Source: Chara braunii (lineage: Eukaryota > Plantae > Charophyceae). From it: a stretch of DNA of 64,000 nt. The notes beneath the pieces are model-generated. The model worked only from the letters and a program-made list of their open reading frames with translations, was not told where the DNA came from and did not search any database. Where the stretch lies: positions 807,024 through 871,023 of the forward strand of contig BFEA01000036.1 in the NCBI GenBank assembly GCA_003427395.1, given 5' to 3'. Positions within the stretch are counted from its first letter, which is position 1; every line of letters begins with the position of its first letter. This document shows, one piece after another, positions 1 to 13,339 of this stretch. Both the position numbers and the translations under genes were made by a program.

Positions 1-905
1 TTTGCCACACCCACGGCACCGCGTCCTAGTCCAAACGGCGTCGGGCGTGGCTCCGACATAGCTACGAAAACAGTTTGTAATTGCACTTCAGGCGATCCCG
101 CAAATACAACGCACCCCCACGCGCTCCTGCCGCAGCTCGCACCGACGAATAACACAGATAAGGGAAATAAAATAAAAATGACGCCTCGCCAGCCCCTGCG
201 GATCGGGCCCGCCGCCGCGCCCACTAACAAAACCGAGGGGGATATCCCCGTCGGGCCCTCAACCCCTCAGGTTTTGCTCCACGCTGCTCCGCTACAGTTG
301 CTGCGCCGATGCCCGCTGGCCTCGACCCCCAAACCTCCGCAGTAACAGTCTGCCACCGTAACCTATAGGGCTAAGCCCAAGCCTGAAACGGCCAGGCGCG
401 GATTCCAATATGGAGCAGTGTCGCGCGGTGCCGAGGCTTGGGAAGAACAGCCTACGCCCCTTTCCTGTCTATAACCAACGTGTCGTCGCTAGGCACCCTC
501 GTCGGCCTACCCGGACAGCGCCGTGGCTGCCCCGCACCCTCCTATACGCCCTATTTACCACACAAGGTCGCACCGTCGCTGTCGATGCCATCGTCCTCGC
601 ACGTGCGCTCGCCTCGGTCAAACGTACCAATCAAAGGAAGATACTCCCTACTTAATCAAAAATAAATAAATAAATAAAAATAAAACAAAGTTAAACCGAT
701 CGGCGTCCGCGCCGGCTTTATAATCAACAACAAGGAAAGAAACCCCGCGCGCCCACGCACTCTCTACTTCTAGATCTCATAGTCAACCTATAGTCACCAC
801 ACTGCCGCAAGCCGCGCGGCCTTCTCAACAATTCCGGGTCAAACTTGTTTTCTGTCACTTGCAAAAACCAGGGCGGATACCTTTGTAAGGGTATTCGCGC
901 CGACA
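1..905 (-). mobile_element. 5' end of a giant TGTCG...CGACA element (family copy running off the window edge)
   Basis: Reverse complement of 845-905 reads TGTCGGCGCGAATACCCTTACAAAGGTATCCGCCCTGGTTTTTGCAAGTGACAGAAAA, near-identical to the starts at 22512, 34522 and 42602. Flank 906-909 is GCGC. Confidence 0.85.
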
Positions 906-1064
906 GCGCAGGCTGTCACTGCGCACCCCCCTGTTTTTATTTTGAATTTTTATTTTATTTTATTTTATTTTGATTTTTTTTTTTCCCCTCTTGGGTCGGG
1001 GTCAGGGTACCACCGCACCGAACCCCCGGGGCTGCCCCGGCGCCCTGGGGTCGGGGTTGTGACA
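906..1064. mobile_element. Terminal fragment of a different LTR-like element (…GGGGTTGTGACA) interrupting the LINE and itself interrupted at 905
   Basis: LINE ORF2-like reading gives way to non-coding sequence at 1064, at GGGGTTGTGACA / TGTCACAACCCC, a typical Gypsy LTR terminus. A GC-rich then A/T-rich segment follows. Confidence 0.5.
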
Positions 1065-4000
1065 ACCCTGCTCTCATGCCATTGGACCGAGTCTGGATGG
1101 TAGCGTACCAGGGTATTGTGCCTTCTTCTTTTGAAAAGGTTGACCATGACCCCTTCCGGTCTGGCCTCAACTACCATGCCAATTTGCAAGGGGAAGTCGA
1201 CTACCCTTACTGCTACCTAGTCTTGCTCTTGTGGTATCGAACCCTTTCTTAGGGCCACCACCCAGGCTAGGGGCATTGAAAATGTCAACTGTTCCAGGGC
1301 ATCTGCCATCTTGTGAGTGTGGCGTAGGCAGGGACGTAATTGGTGGGCTGTTTTCCAGTCTTTGATTGCCTCATCCCCTATATTCCCTACTCTAAGAATT
1401 CCTTGCCTAACCCATGAGGCCCAACGAGGGTCCGAGCTGGTGAGGGCTCTTCCTTGCCTGTCTGTGATTGCTCTATTCCCAAACAGAGGTTGACGTAGGA
1501 TCTCCTCCGCTCGCTCCGGGGCCGGCGTATCAGGGATTGGCAACCTCCTCCAGTTTTAATAAGGTCGATCGAGAACTTATCTTTTACCAGATTTTGCCTA
1601 ACCGCTCCTATGTCCCCTTCCTCTTGAGACTCTTTGAGAGTTCAAGCGAGGGTGGGGTATAGACCAATACCGGTCCTCAGTCCATGAGAGGGGGTTATAC
1701 TGTGTTTGCGGTTCTCGGTGCAAATCTGCGGATTTGTTCCAAAGCCAGATCTCGCCACGAAGGATTTATTCCAACTATCAATTTTTTGATCCATTGGATT
1801 GATAGTGCAGTAGCTTGTAGAGCGGGGTCCAATAAGCCTAGTCCTCCTTTGGTTTTGGGCTGGATTAGCTTGTCCCAAGCCACCCTGTTGATTACGTTTT
1901 ATTGCTCATGATTCCCCCGTCAGAGAAAGGCAACCAGGTGCTTTTTGAGGTCTCTGGTGCTATCCTTTCCAAGTTGCCAGAGGGCCAATTTGTACCATAT
2001 TGATGTAAGCACCACATTGTTTATGATTCGAGCCCTTTCAAAGAGGGATGTGTTTTTTTTGCCCCAATTCTGCATTATTTACAGTGTCGACTTAGTGATC
2101 GATTCATCATTTCTTGTCGACGGTTCATGGGCTGAGAGCACCACCCCCAAGACTCTGAATGGTTCGTCAAGGGGTCTCCAGTCAACCTTAGGCTATTCAG
2201 GTGGGCGAAATCCATGAAAGTGGATCCACCAGCCTTGCGTTTTGCTCCCCCAATTGATAGACATGTCAGATACCAAGGTGAACGGTCCATGAGGGCTTGG
2301 AATTCGGTCATGTTACTATGGGTAGCCTCGGCTATTATTGTAAGGTCATCCGCAAACATCGAGTATTATGGCATCTTCCGGGATGCCTGACAGCCGAAGT
2401 CTGGATTTTTTTTTGTTCATTCTCATATTAGTTGTCAGTGCTTCCATCACTACCAAGAACAAGAAGGGGGCTAGCGGATCACCTTCCCACACGGAGTGCT
2501 GCAATTTAATTTTTGGGGCAAACAAGCCGTTTACCTGTACCCGTGTGGTCGCATTATTATGGAGTATCATAATCCAGTCACGGAATTATGGACCGAAGTT
2601 CATTTTTTGCAGGCATTTGTCCAGGAATTTTCAGTCTACATGATCGTATGCTTTTTCAAAATCAATAAAAAGTATGGTTGCATTTTGTCGTGACTGTCTT
2701 GATAGCTTAATCATTTCATTTACCAATGACACATTGTCTTGAATGTTCCTGCTTCACATGAACCCTGTTTGTGCGGGGTGAATGATCTCCTCCAAGATAG
2801 GGATCATCATGTTGGCCATTGCCTTGGCCACCAACTTATAGACCACCGTAAGGAGTGTGATTCGTCGGTGATTCCTTATGTTTGTTTTGTCCCCTTTTTT
2901 GTACAAAGGGTGAGGATCCCGTGACTCACCAGCTCCCTCATATCTCCTGAGGCTTTCACCTAACGATAGTATTTCATCAACTCCTCTAACATAGAAGACC
3001 ACATCTCCTCCCGAAATTCTTTAGGGAGCTCGTCCACCCTGGGGTTTTGTCTTCCTCAATTTGCAGGAGGGCATTTCATATTTCCTCCTTTCGTAGTGGT
3101 TTGTCGAGAGCCTCTGTCTACTCATTAGATAATCGTGCAATGAGGGGGAGTAGGAATTCTGTAATTTTTCCTTCCTTTGTCTGCTCTGAGTCATTGGTTA
3201 GAATGGAAGAAAAAAGTTCTTTATAGAAATCTTTGGCCACTTTCAAGCCATGGGCCGAGGAATATGAGGTGACTTCGTAGGTTTTGATCGGGTTATAAAG
3301 CTCCTCTATGGAGGATCGTCTGGTCCTAGTTTGTGCTAGCGCAAAGAAGGATGCGTCTATTTGTCCTTCAGTTATGTGCCTGGATAACTTGCCTCTGATG
3401 ATGGAGCCCTGCCACCTTTGTTGGGCGAACTCTAGCAGTTGTTCTTTTGGTAGTTGTAATTCAGCAGATTTAGTTTGATGATGAATGAGCAACGACACAC
3501 TACTTTCCTGTTCAAGGCTACAAATTTTCTCGTGGATGTTAATTTCCTGTGCATATTTTTCTTTGGCTCGTATTTTGGAAAATTCATTGCATTTTTTTAC
3601 CATTATTAAACCATGCGATATAAGAGTCATGACGGTCCCGCGTGGTCCGCCAATACTCCCATACGTATATAAGAAAAACCCGGAATTGATGTAGCTTTAA
3701 GATAGATGTGTGAAGATTGTAAAAGTCGGGGCCCTGGTATGTTTTTTTGCGGAATCTGAGTAATATCGCACACATCTTGTGGTTTGCTCCCGACCATGGA
3801 CTTAGTGGGAAGATGGCGGCTGCTTGCAGAGCCCTGTCCAGATCCTCTGCCAAGAGGATGAGGCCTATTCTAGACCTGGATTGTAAGGGTGTATTGCTAT
3901 TGCAAATGCACGTGAACAATCTCTTTCGTGGGTGTAGTCGCCTGAAGGAATCATAGAGGTGTTCCTCTTCATAGAGCTTACGGATGATTCCTTCATCTAC

Positions 4001-4520
4001 TTCTATATAAGCGGGGCACAGGGAGGGGACTTCCGCCTGTTAAGGCTACGATCCTGAGCCGCATTAAAATCACATTCGATGATTGCTGGTATGCCTTATG
4101 GCAGTTGGGACCGTATATATTCATAAAAGGTTTTGCGATGTTCAACGTCATTAGGGTCATAGATGCAAATCGCAATAACTACTTATATTTCCAGCATAAG
4201 GAGGGCGGTCACCCATCTCCCCTCCCTCGTATCTACGGTGGAGTGGATGACTTTTGCTCGAGAGTCAGGGGGAATCCAAATCGCCACTCCTGCCGACCCC
4301 GGTCTCGGTGCGTGTGCTGCAATTTTTTGGAAAGGCCAGGCCACGTTATGTGCCCTGATATGTTCTGGGGAGTTTGTGAGGAGGGTTTCCTAGATACAGA
4401 TTAAGTCCGGTCAATGCCTCCCCCCTACCCCCCTGATTTGCTCTAGTACTGCCTTTCGTTTCAAGGGGTTTGCTACTGCCAACCAATTCACGTTGAGAGA
4501 GCGTAAGTCCAGATCCGCTA
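1065..4520 (-). pseudogene. L1/Tx1-clade LINE ORF2 (AP endonuclease + reverse transcriptase), degenerate
   Basis: Manual translation and ORF track give EN motifs SLNVN (~4490), QET-like (~4390), GSAGVAI, CIYDPN, IIECDFN (~4070). RT motifs are LYKKGDKTNIRNHRRITLL, QTGF, IDFEKAYD, EGDPLAPFLF, MFADD (2359), then WDKLIQPKTKGGLGL. Many stops and frameshifts. Confidence 0.93.
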
Positions 4521-6600
4521 CCTAAGATGCCCTGGTCCAAACCTTGTCTTTTCAATAATGGATTTGTAACTAATTTGTTCTTGGGGCGGGTTGCCAGTCT
4601 CGTGAACGTTGTTGCTGATCTATGAATTCAAACTGGCTCATTGGTAGACATATGCGTCCAGTCTGCTTTAATTAGAGAGGAAGGTTCCTGAAGGGTGTTG
4701 TGCCTAAGAAGTGAACATAAGCAGTGGGTTACTTCCGGGGTACTCCAACCGGAACTATCTCTAATGCTTGTCTGTTGCACTTTCAGGAGCTCCGCGTGGG
4801 TGAGCCCAATCAGACCAGCATCCTTGGATTCGCTGAATCAGGCAAAGGCTATCCTTTGCCCCATGTGCGCTTCACCTTCCTTAGCCTCCACCCCCGGCTC
4901 ATACTGAGAACCTACAAATTTTTCCAGATCCCACTAGAGAACCTTTTCCCCCTCAATGTCGTAATCCTGGAAGGAGGACCACCCCTTCAACGTTGCACCT
5001 CGTATCCCCGGACAGAGGCCCACCTCCTATGATCCTTTCCTCTTTCTCACTGGGATTAGAGGAACTTCGGTAGTGGACATTTTCCTAGTCCCGCCGCCCT
5101 GCTCTAGACATTGTCTCAACCGACGCCTCTTCACGGGCTCATTCTCCTGCAGGGGTCCCGTCTCCAGACTAGGATTTTGAGGTCTGATTTCGGATGGTGT
5201 CTGTTGTTGGTGTTCTATTTCACCAATCCCTTTGCTAGCGCTTGTTGACCTTTGGTTATTATCCCTTTGCATGTCTTTACTTCTCCTCCCAACATAGCTT
5301 TCTCCCGACTCCGACGTTTGGCTCCTTGGTGAGGTGTGTCTATCCTCCTTGTGGGGTGGTGGAGGCAGCAACTTTGCCACCGTGTGCGGTACGCGAAAGC
5401 CAATGTCGGACTAAGACAGCCCCGGAGGAAGTTCCTCTGACATCACATTTTTTAGGCTGGGACTACCATCTAAATAAAATAGGGAAAATGTTCAAATATG
5501 TGGTATCCCAGAACTCGTCCGTCGCCAACCTGTATCTATCCTTCAGGCTGTTGAGGAGCCAGTCTGCCAGTTGGACAAGTTTTTGCTTTACTGATATTTG
5601 TTGTTTTTGGCATGTCTCCTTAGTGGCTAACTCCTTAAACTCCTCCATTATTATATCGGAGGGCGGTGTAGAGGGAAGGGGGGATTGTCCTACATCCATT
5701 GGGGCGGGACCAAAGACATCCCTGAAGGGGTCGCGATCAGGCGTGCCAAACTTTCCTTCCTCCTCCCTTACCTCCACTCCCTCCTCCTCCTTCTCCCTTA
5801 TCTGGTTTTGCAGCAGTTCACCTTTGTTTGGACACGCCGCCATAAAGTTTTTTTTTTTAACTTGTTCCCCTTTGGCCCTCCCTCCCCCTTTCTCCTCTTC
5901 CTCCCGTTTTTCCCCTTTACCCCCTTTTCCCCCTACAATGATCCCCATGTCCTCTTCAACCCTCAGCAATTGTTGTGTCCCCTTGCCCCCTCCCATTTCC
6001 TTCTCTTGATTTAACCCCCTCCCGTTGTCATGCAAATAGGCCTGAGGTGCTGGCCCGTGCAGGGGCGAGCCCCCACAAGACCCAGTGGATCCTGAGGCAG
6101 TTTGGCTCTCCATTCCTGGTGGGGTAGGTGAATGTGCCCCTGTCCATTCCCAATTTCCTTTGCTTTCCTTGAGGCCTCAATTTCCTGTTGTGATTGTTGA
6201 CGCTGTTGAGTTGTGTCTGCGTGGTCCCCACTGGTTGTCCCAAATGTTTGTAGACTGGATTTATGACCTTCTATCTCGGGCAGTGTCCATGTGTTCGGGG
6301 GTTTGGTTCCCCAATTGGGTTCCCTGGGCTTCTCCCATTTCCATCCCTTTGGTTTGCCATATTTCCCTTTGCCTTCCTCTAAGACCCAGCCTTCGTGTCC
6401 CGGGTTTACGGTGTCGGGATAGAAACGCCTGTGAGGGTTTCTGCCCGAGTTTTTCAAGGTCAGAGACTGCCCTGCCCTTTTTTGGATTGGGAGACTTGAC
6501 GAGGTTGACGTTGCCAAAGTTTGTTCAGACCAACCCTATAACTGAGAGACGTAAAAGTTTGACGTCGTTGACGTATGACGTCATTGGCGTTCGATCGAAA
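4521..6600 (-). pseudogene. Probable degenerate LINE ORF1 region of the same element
   Basis: Long low-complexity K/E/G-rich minus-strand ORFs (5027-5380, 5463-6113, 6011-6517) directly upstream of the EN domain. No diagnostic domain recognised. Confidence 0.55.
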
Positions 6601-7060
6601 TAGTAGGAGTCAGCGGTACGACTTATCGTCCGTGGTTCCCGACAAGGCCACGGTGGTGCGCGGTCATGGAAAAATTAAAGCTAGATCTAGTCTACCTAAA
6701 TAATGACGCGCGGCTGCGATTCAGGGCCTAGGCAGGCTAAAAAGAGGGGTGCGCCGGGTATAGGACCGCGACGCAGGGGGGAAGAAGGGTTTTAATTCTA
6801 GGGCCGCAGGGGTTGACACTGAGCCAGGGGTTGACAGGCCAATGTCAGGGTCATGTGGCCAACTGAGCATGTAGGGCCACAAGCAGGCGAGGCCTGCAGG
6901 GCCACAGGCAGGCTGGGCCTGCAAGACTACGGGCAGGCAAGACCTGAAAGGTCACGGTATAGGGGAAACCTGGCTAGGTGAGCTGTTCATATAAAAGAGT
7001 TGCTCCTATCACTGTCGTGATAGGAGCTAGCCCAGTAGGTTATCACACCAAACTCGTACC

Positions 7061-7129
7061 TGGCAGAGACTGGGATCGAACCTGATTTATCGGCCTACTT
7101 GGCAAAGCTCCTTTTGGAGCTGCCCCGCC
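7061..7129 (-). other. tRNA-derived (Pol III-type) head at the 5' end of the LINE region
   Basis: Minus strand GGCGGGG-CA-GCTC CAAAAG GAGC…AGGTTCGATCCCAGT-CTCTGCC-A: 7-bp acceptor stem, D-stem and B-box GGTTCGATCCC. Anticodon and T stems are degenerate, so it is not a functional tRNA. Confidence 0.65.
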
Positions 7130-7200
7130 ATAACACTGCGTGCGCGATCGGTTCTGGTCGTCCGATCGCACAGATCGCGCGGCCCAGAACGGGCGCACGA

Positions 7201-7240
7201 ATTAGCATGGCCCCTGCACGAGGATGACACGTATAGATTG
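7201..7240 (+). pseudogene. U6: U6 snRNA 3'-half fragment followed by (TAA)n/poly-A
   Basis: ATTAGCATGGCCCCTGCACGAGGATGACACGTATAGATTG matches plant U6 ATTAGCATGGCCCCTGCGCAAGGATGACACGCATAAATCG (from memory) at 35/40. (TAA)n and an A-run follow. Confidence 0.8.
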
Positions 7241-8719
7241 TATAATAATAATAATAATAATAATAATTAAAAAAAAAAAAGTTTTTTTTTTTTTTGGACG
7301 AATCCTTTGGGATTCGATCTTGGGTTGGCACTTCATAAGTCCGTGGCTGAAAAGCCACGTGAGTTGACATACCCGTTGGCCAAGCTAACGGAAAAGGTAA
7401 GAGAAATGAAAAAAAAAAAAAAAAAAAACAATTGAGACAACGACGAAGTGCCAAATGGCGCTGACAGAACTGGAAGGGACTTATAGTCCCCAAGACAAAT
7501 GGCAGGCGCCCATTCTAATGGGCTGCCTTTTTTTTTTTTTTTTTCCCTTCTTTAGATTTTTGTTTTTTGTAGATTTGCGTTAGATTGTTTTTATTTATTT
7601 TTTTGTTAGTAAAACGCCCGTTCGTTTTGACGAACAGGCTGCTACTCTGTCAGTATAATGAGCCAGACCGAATGAATTTGCTGCCACAGGGCGACTACAT
7701 TCGGGTTTGGGTTTTGGGACCTTGTGCTCGACAACGAGGGACTCTCTGAAAATGCTTTGGCTGTTCACGACAAACAGTCGTGATCGTAGAAAGAGAGAAA
7801 GAGAGAGAGGGAGAGAGAGAGAGAGAACGACACTCTTACCTGGCGGAGGAGTGACACAGCGGCCTATAGGTAAGTCCCCAATCGATCAGTCCTTGGGTGT
7901 GCCGTTCTCCTTGTGAACAGGCGGTTGAGTGCCATCTGTACCCGGTGTCGTGGGCGCCCGAGTACAGGTACGAAGGAGCAAGGGGGGGGGAACTGAAGAA
8001 GCCCCTATTGAGCTTGACTCTAAATCGACTCTTAGAGGGACTGAGGGGGAGGTGGCCGTTCATTTTGAACGGCGACTTGCCCCTGCACAGAAAAACGAGA
8101 GGGGAGGGGGCAAAGTAAAAAGAGAAAAGGGGAAAAGAGATGGTCGTGAATGTGGCCACGACCGTAGGAAAGGTGCAGAGGAGTAGAAGGTTCTAGAGGG
8201 GGGAAAATACAGCGCCTGTTCGTTTTGAACGGGCAGCTGTAAGTGGCTGTATACAACCACTTTGAGGTTGCACCTGGCTGGGGGTGGCGGCCGAGTGCAT
8301 TGTTAAAGCCTGGGACTTGATGTTCCTAGTAGAACATCAAGATTCCCATCCCTTGATCGAAATTGAGATCGAGGGCTAGGCTCAACCCCGTTTTTTTTTT
8401 GGTCGAGCCTCAATTGGCTGCCCACCACTCCATCCAAGCTATAAAAGCAGGGCTGGCCAGCAGCATCCTCACTCAGTTGAGGTGCTGCCCACATTCTGAT
8501 TGAGTGTGGAGTGGAGAGCAGCGTTATGCTGCCAAGGTGCTGAGGGTAGTGAGGGAGAGGAGGAGTGAAGTGGAGGTCTGCAAGTGAGGGCGGAGGATTG
8601 TTGGAGGTGGCCATAGCTGTGAAACACAGCCATAGCGGCCACCTCAGCGAGGTGAGGAGAGGAGAGGTTGCCATAGCCACAATGCTGCGGGGTGCCAGCA
8701 GGAGCTGCTGCTGTTCGTG

Positions 8720-9200
8720 GCAGGTTTTTCGGCAAGCGGTGCAGGGGAAACTCTGCCCGTTTTGTACGACGGCGGCAGGTTTTTCAGCAAGCAGTACAGG
8801 GGAAACTCTGCTCGTTTTGCAGGGCGGCGACAGGTTTTTCAGCAAGCGGTGGAGGGGAAACTCTGCCCGTTTTGCACGGCGGCGGCAAGTCTTCGGCAAG
8901 CGGTGCTCTGCCTGTCTGGCACGGCAACGACGGCGCTTTTTTTACGGTGCCGTGGAAGCGCTGCCGTTTTTCTTGCGGCGGCAGCAGTGCATTCTAGGTA
9001 GTGACGCAGAAGCGCTGCTGAAATTTTACGGCGACAACACGTGTTTGACGGCGATGGTGCGGAAGCGCTGCCAAATTTTTGCGGCGACAGCGCGGGTTTG
9101 ACGGCGGTGGTGCGGAAGCGCTGCCAATTTTTTGCGGCAACGACACTGGGTTTAGTGTTCGTAGTGAGGAAGCGCTGCCGGTTTTTCACGGCGGAGGTGG
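8720..9200 (+). repeat. ~55-bp tandem repeats (GGGGAAACTCTGCCCGTTTTG x3; GGAAGCGCTGCCAAATTTT x5) in a probable LTR fragment
   Basis: Visible tandem units. The core motif is shared with the AT-rich repeats of the giant elements. Confidence 0.7.
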
Positions 9201-10256
9201 CAGTATTCTTGCACTGACTATATAAAGCAGTGACTGGGTATTGGCATAGGAAAGGTACAGCGAAGTGGTGGTGTGCTTGAAAGTGTTGTGAGTGCGACGC
9301 CGTAGTGGCGCAGTGAAATTGGGGGTGTGTGACGGCGACGCTGAGACGCCGTCAGGTTACTGGGACATAATTGTGTGTTGAGAGGGTGTCGCGGCAAGCG
9401 AGTATTCTAGGGAGTGGTGTGGATCGCTTTGCGGGCGACTTGTTGTGACGATTGTCTTCTCTGGAGTGTGGTTTTACACAGTCTTCTTGAGTAGGCCGTC
9501 TCTTCAACTTCACTCAAGGTCAATTTGACTCAGACCCTTCACACCTGTGTAAACCCACACTTGCTTGACCCTGTTCTTTGAATGTTCACTGAAAAGGTAG
9601 AGGAAATGTGTGTTTGTGCGTATGAATGAAAGTCTGACGTGAGTTTGAACTGCATTGTTTTCTTTTGAACTTGTTGTTTGATCTGATGTGCAGGTAGGTA
9701 GAAGGATGCCTGAAAAAAGGGAATCTGACCATGATAATGGCAATGAGAGAACAGTGTTTGTTTTGTGTTGCTCACCTGTATGCATGTTGAAGGGAAAGGC
9801 AGCCAGTAGACGACGAAAAGCAATTTGATCAGACAAGGAAGAAGAAATCAATTGGACATAGATTTTTCCCAAGGTTACCCATTCTTTCCCTAACGACCCT
9901 CTTTGTCTATGCCCATCTATCTGAATTATTTTCTCTTCTGTGATTTCCTTTTTTGTCTAAGTTACCCTTGACGTCAGGCGGCGAGGGATCGGTTGTCGTC
10001 GCGATAGACGTTTTTCCCTTTCCTAGGAGGCATCTGAGGCGGGGGTTCGTTGCCTTAGGAGTCGGCCCTGCTATCGACTTGGAGTGGACCGCTTATGCGG
10101 GGATACTTTGTTGTTGTGGTGGAGCCAGCCCGACTTCTGAGATCCGAGGTTCGCTCGGGCGAGGACGAGGGGTATCCCAGACCACCTCCTAGGGAAAGGA
10201 CATGCGCCTACTCACGGAAGAGCCGTAAGTTCTTAACGTCTCACGTTAAGAGGAGT

Positions 10257-11490
10257 TGTCGTAGCATAACCCTTAGTGGTCGTTTTAGGGGTCGCTCGTG
10301 CATGAAGCATTGAGCCACAAGAAGCTCGATTCATGGTTACTAGTTGGAACAGAGTGTGGCTAGGCACTCTTGTCGTGGTTGGCCTCGCCACAAGAAGTGA
10401 GGACCAATGTGGTCGATGTAGTAGTTCGAGTCCGAGAACAACCCTTTTTAGTAGGGTCAACGAGGGCCAGGAGGACAAGGTAACCAACAAATTTGAAAAC
10501 GGATCCTCGACCTTAATGGGGCATCCAGTGTTCGGATGTTCAAGTCAGTCGCTGACTTATATAGTGGTAGCCGGATTACTTGCAGATGGCATTCACACCA
10601 AAGTTAGAAAGGTAGTGAAGTCATTATTAAAACATGGCATCCTAGCTCTACTTGAGAGTTGGGATATCACCAATTCTTTGCTAGCAGTCAGTATAGGGTG
10701 GAATGAACAAACTTGGCAACGCATCTCATCGAGTCGAAAAAGTCATAACAGTCCAGCCGTCTGGCAGGCGGAGTGAAGAGATTTTGATCATACGCCATTT
10801 GAGCGTTGCTATGCGTCTAAGTCACCCTTTTGTTGGTGAGTGATGTCCGAAGACGAGTCAACTCACGATGTCTCGTCGTTGGATGAAAGTCGAGTCAACC
10901 TTTATTGATTTGATCTGAACGAGTGGTATACATGATTGTACAGAGCTCAGAAGATAAGTCAATTTACGTTGACCTAAGTCGTCTTCTTTTGAAAGTGTTT
11001 TGTCTGAGTAACTCTTGATTGTCTTTGAAAGAAGGGACTAGGATTGATTGAGATTTTCTCACGCTTGGAATATCACGTCCTAGTCGACCGACGTACGTTC
11101 TGATTCCTGGGAGATCAGCGCCCCAGGGACGGACGACGTTCGAGTCCACTTTGGCGTTCAAACCATGCGTACCAATACTACAACGAACGAGCAAACGCCC
11201 TCAGTCGGCCTACCTCTGCAATTGCATTATAAAAACCTTCGCATGTGGGTCGGTAGCTCGGCGGGGATACGCCCCTAAGGGTGGTGAAGGTAAGTTGTGC
11301 CCCGCGAGAACCTATCATGTCGTAGGGGACCGCGAGATGTACAACTGGCGCACTCGGCCGGAGCGGCGAAGGGTCGAGGCGGGTTACCGTATCGTCCCCG
11401 AGTTGTCTCTAAAAAGTTGAAAGCCTAAGTTTCTCCTGCGTGACGCGGTCGGGAGGGCCCTCGCTCGCGCGGGGGCCGATGTGCTCGACA
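10257..11490 (+). mobile_element. Short diverged relative of the giant element family inserted in LINE ORF1 (left boundary tentative)
   Basis: 11030-11490 aligns with the family 3' block and ends GATGTGCTCGACA|ACGG. Candidate start TGTCGTAGCATAACCCTTA at 10257 resembles the family start, but the TSD does not match. Confidence 0.5.
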
Positions 11491-13300
11491 ACGGTCCTCC
11501 ACAAGTTGTCCCGAAACGGATCCCATAGGAGACGACCCGTGACTTTGTTCTGCTTGCCAAGGTGGTTGGGGCAGTTCGAGTCCGTGCAGAGGTGTCCATA
11601 CGCCTTACAGCGAAAACACCACAACCTAAGTTTGTGGGCCGTGTGTATCCGATAGTCCTTCCCCCCCACTCTGTATAAGATTATGTCGTCCATTGTAAAC
11701 GGCTGACAGGGTGGAAAGCTAAGTACTAGCATCAGATAGTCATCACGTTTGGCAACGTAGGGTGGAAGAGGGTCAATGAAGTCCACTATATCGAATTGCT
11801 CTCCCAGATCGTGAACGAAAGCCGCCTGAACTTCTATGGGAATATGTCTAAATTCGACCCAATAATGTGTCTCCCTCATTTGGGCCCTCTTTTCTTCTGG
11901 GCCTTGTTTCAAGGGGACCCATGGATAAATGCGAGCCTCCGATCTATTACACTGGAGTTTTCGTCAGTTGTCAATGGTTTGTTTGTCTGTCACGTGTGAA
12001 CAGAGAATCGCGATAAAAAAGTCATCCTGCACAACCTCCTGACATCCTTTGAGGGATGCTAGTCGCTTATTAGTCCGGTTAATTTTATCATTGGTGGATT
12101 TGTAAGCGCCGTCATCGTGAAACACCCAATTGTTGGCATGCTTCTGGTAGATGGTGTCCCTTTCAGTCGTCTTCTGCGATGGATATGATCTGATCATCAA
12201 CTTCTTCCCTCCACTTTCCATTACTTTTTGTTCTGAGGGTGTCAGAAATTGAGACAGGAAGAATGCCCTCACTGTAGAGAGGCTGGAGAGGGGGAGCTGG
12301 AGGGAGTTGGCATGAGGGTCCTTTCTGGGGACCTGGAGTGTTTTTTCTTGATAGGGACCTTTGAGTTTTGCGGCCCACGATGTTTGCCCTCCTGGTCCTT
12401 CTGTGGTTGGGGGCCCCCCGAACTCTTCCCTTGACCCTTAACTAGATTATTCGTTCCTTTGTGTCCGATTGAAAGACCAATTGAAAGGCCCCCCTGTGTC
12501 TCCTCCTTGCTTTCCTTGATATTTCCATTTTGAAGTGGGGGGAAATCCTCTTCCATACGCATAGATTAAGCTTCCTTTTCCTTCCCTACTCCCTGCCTCT
12601 CTTGTCGAGGTTTTTTGCCTGTGCGGTGCCTCGTTGGGGGGGTAGCCAAAAACTTTAGTGTTGCCTGCCTCATGGCTCTTCTGAAGAGGAGCATGGAGTC
12701 TTCCCTTTTGTGGCTCTTCTGGTTGTGTGCGAGCCTGGTTGTCTCTGAAGGCTCCCCCCTATGTAGTTACACGTTGCGAATACCTCTAACAATCAGTTGT
12801 GGACACCAATCTTTACCAGAGTCTTCTTTGCTTCTTGTGCTTGTTTTGGCTTGTTGCTGATCTTTTCTCTGTGTTGTGCTGTCCTCCAGGCTTATTCCAG
12901 CAATCCTTTAATTCCTTTAATTTCTTTACGATTTAAATTTGTCCTGAATTTATTTGAATGGTTTTGTGATTTTATTGTTTATGAGTTGATTAACCTTTGT
13001 TGTTGTTTTTCCTTCCTTCTGCACAGATGGCCAGGAGGCGGCAGAGAGTGTCGGGGGCCCAGACCAGGGGGATGGAGGAGGGGGGGAGAAAAAAACTTCA
13101 CCATACTCGCTTTCACTCCACTCGGTTGGCCTCGACCCGTTCCGCCACGTGTTCCTCTTGTATCTGGCTTTCTTGCTTCTCCAGCAAGGCTCATCCTCCC
13201 TTCGTCTAATGACCTTTTTCCTTCTTTCATACCTCACTCCCAACGATCCGAGTTACCATCCATCCCCACCTTCCTCCCTTGCTTCTCTCCCTGCCTGTTG
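11491..13300 (-). pseudogene. L1/Tx1-type LINE ORF1 (DUF4283/RRM-like + CCHC zinc knuckle), degenerate; probably continues at 9510-10256
   Basis: ORF 11409-11912 contains WVEFRHIP and WCFRCKAYGHLCTDSNC, typical of plant L1 ORF1. Upstream basic/low-complexity ORFs are on the same strand. Confidence 0.8.
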
Positions 13301-13339
13301 CCTACCTCCCTAACCGTCCTCCTGCTCTTCTTTAAGTAG

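Noticed and set aside
7061-7129. Functional tRNA genes here and at 56078-56154
   Set aside because: Anticodon arms are non-canonical and stems are degenerate, so they are treated as SINE-type heads.
8303-9189. Long overlapping ORFs in GC-rich repeats (also 14069-15538, 35568-36215, 55292-56132)
   Set aside because: By-products of GC-rich tandem repeats or N runs; no protein-family motifs.
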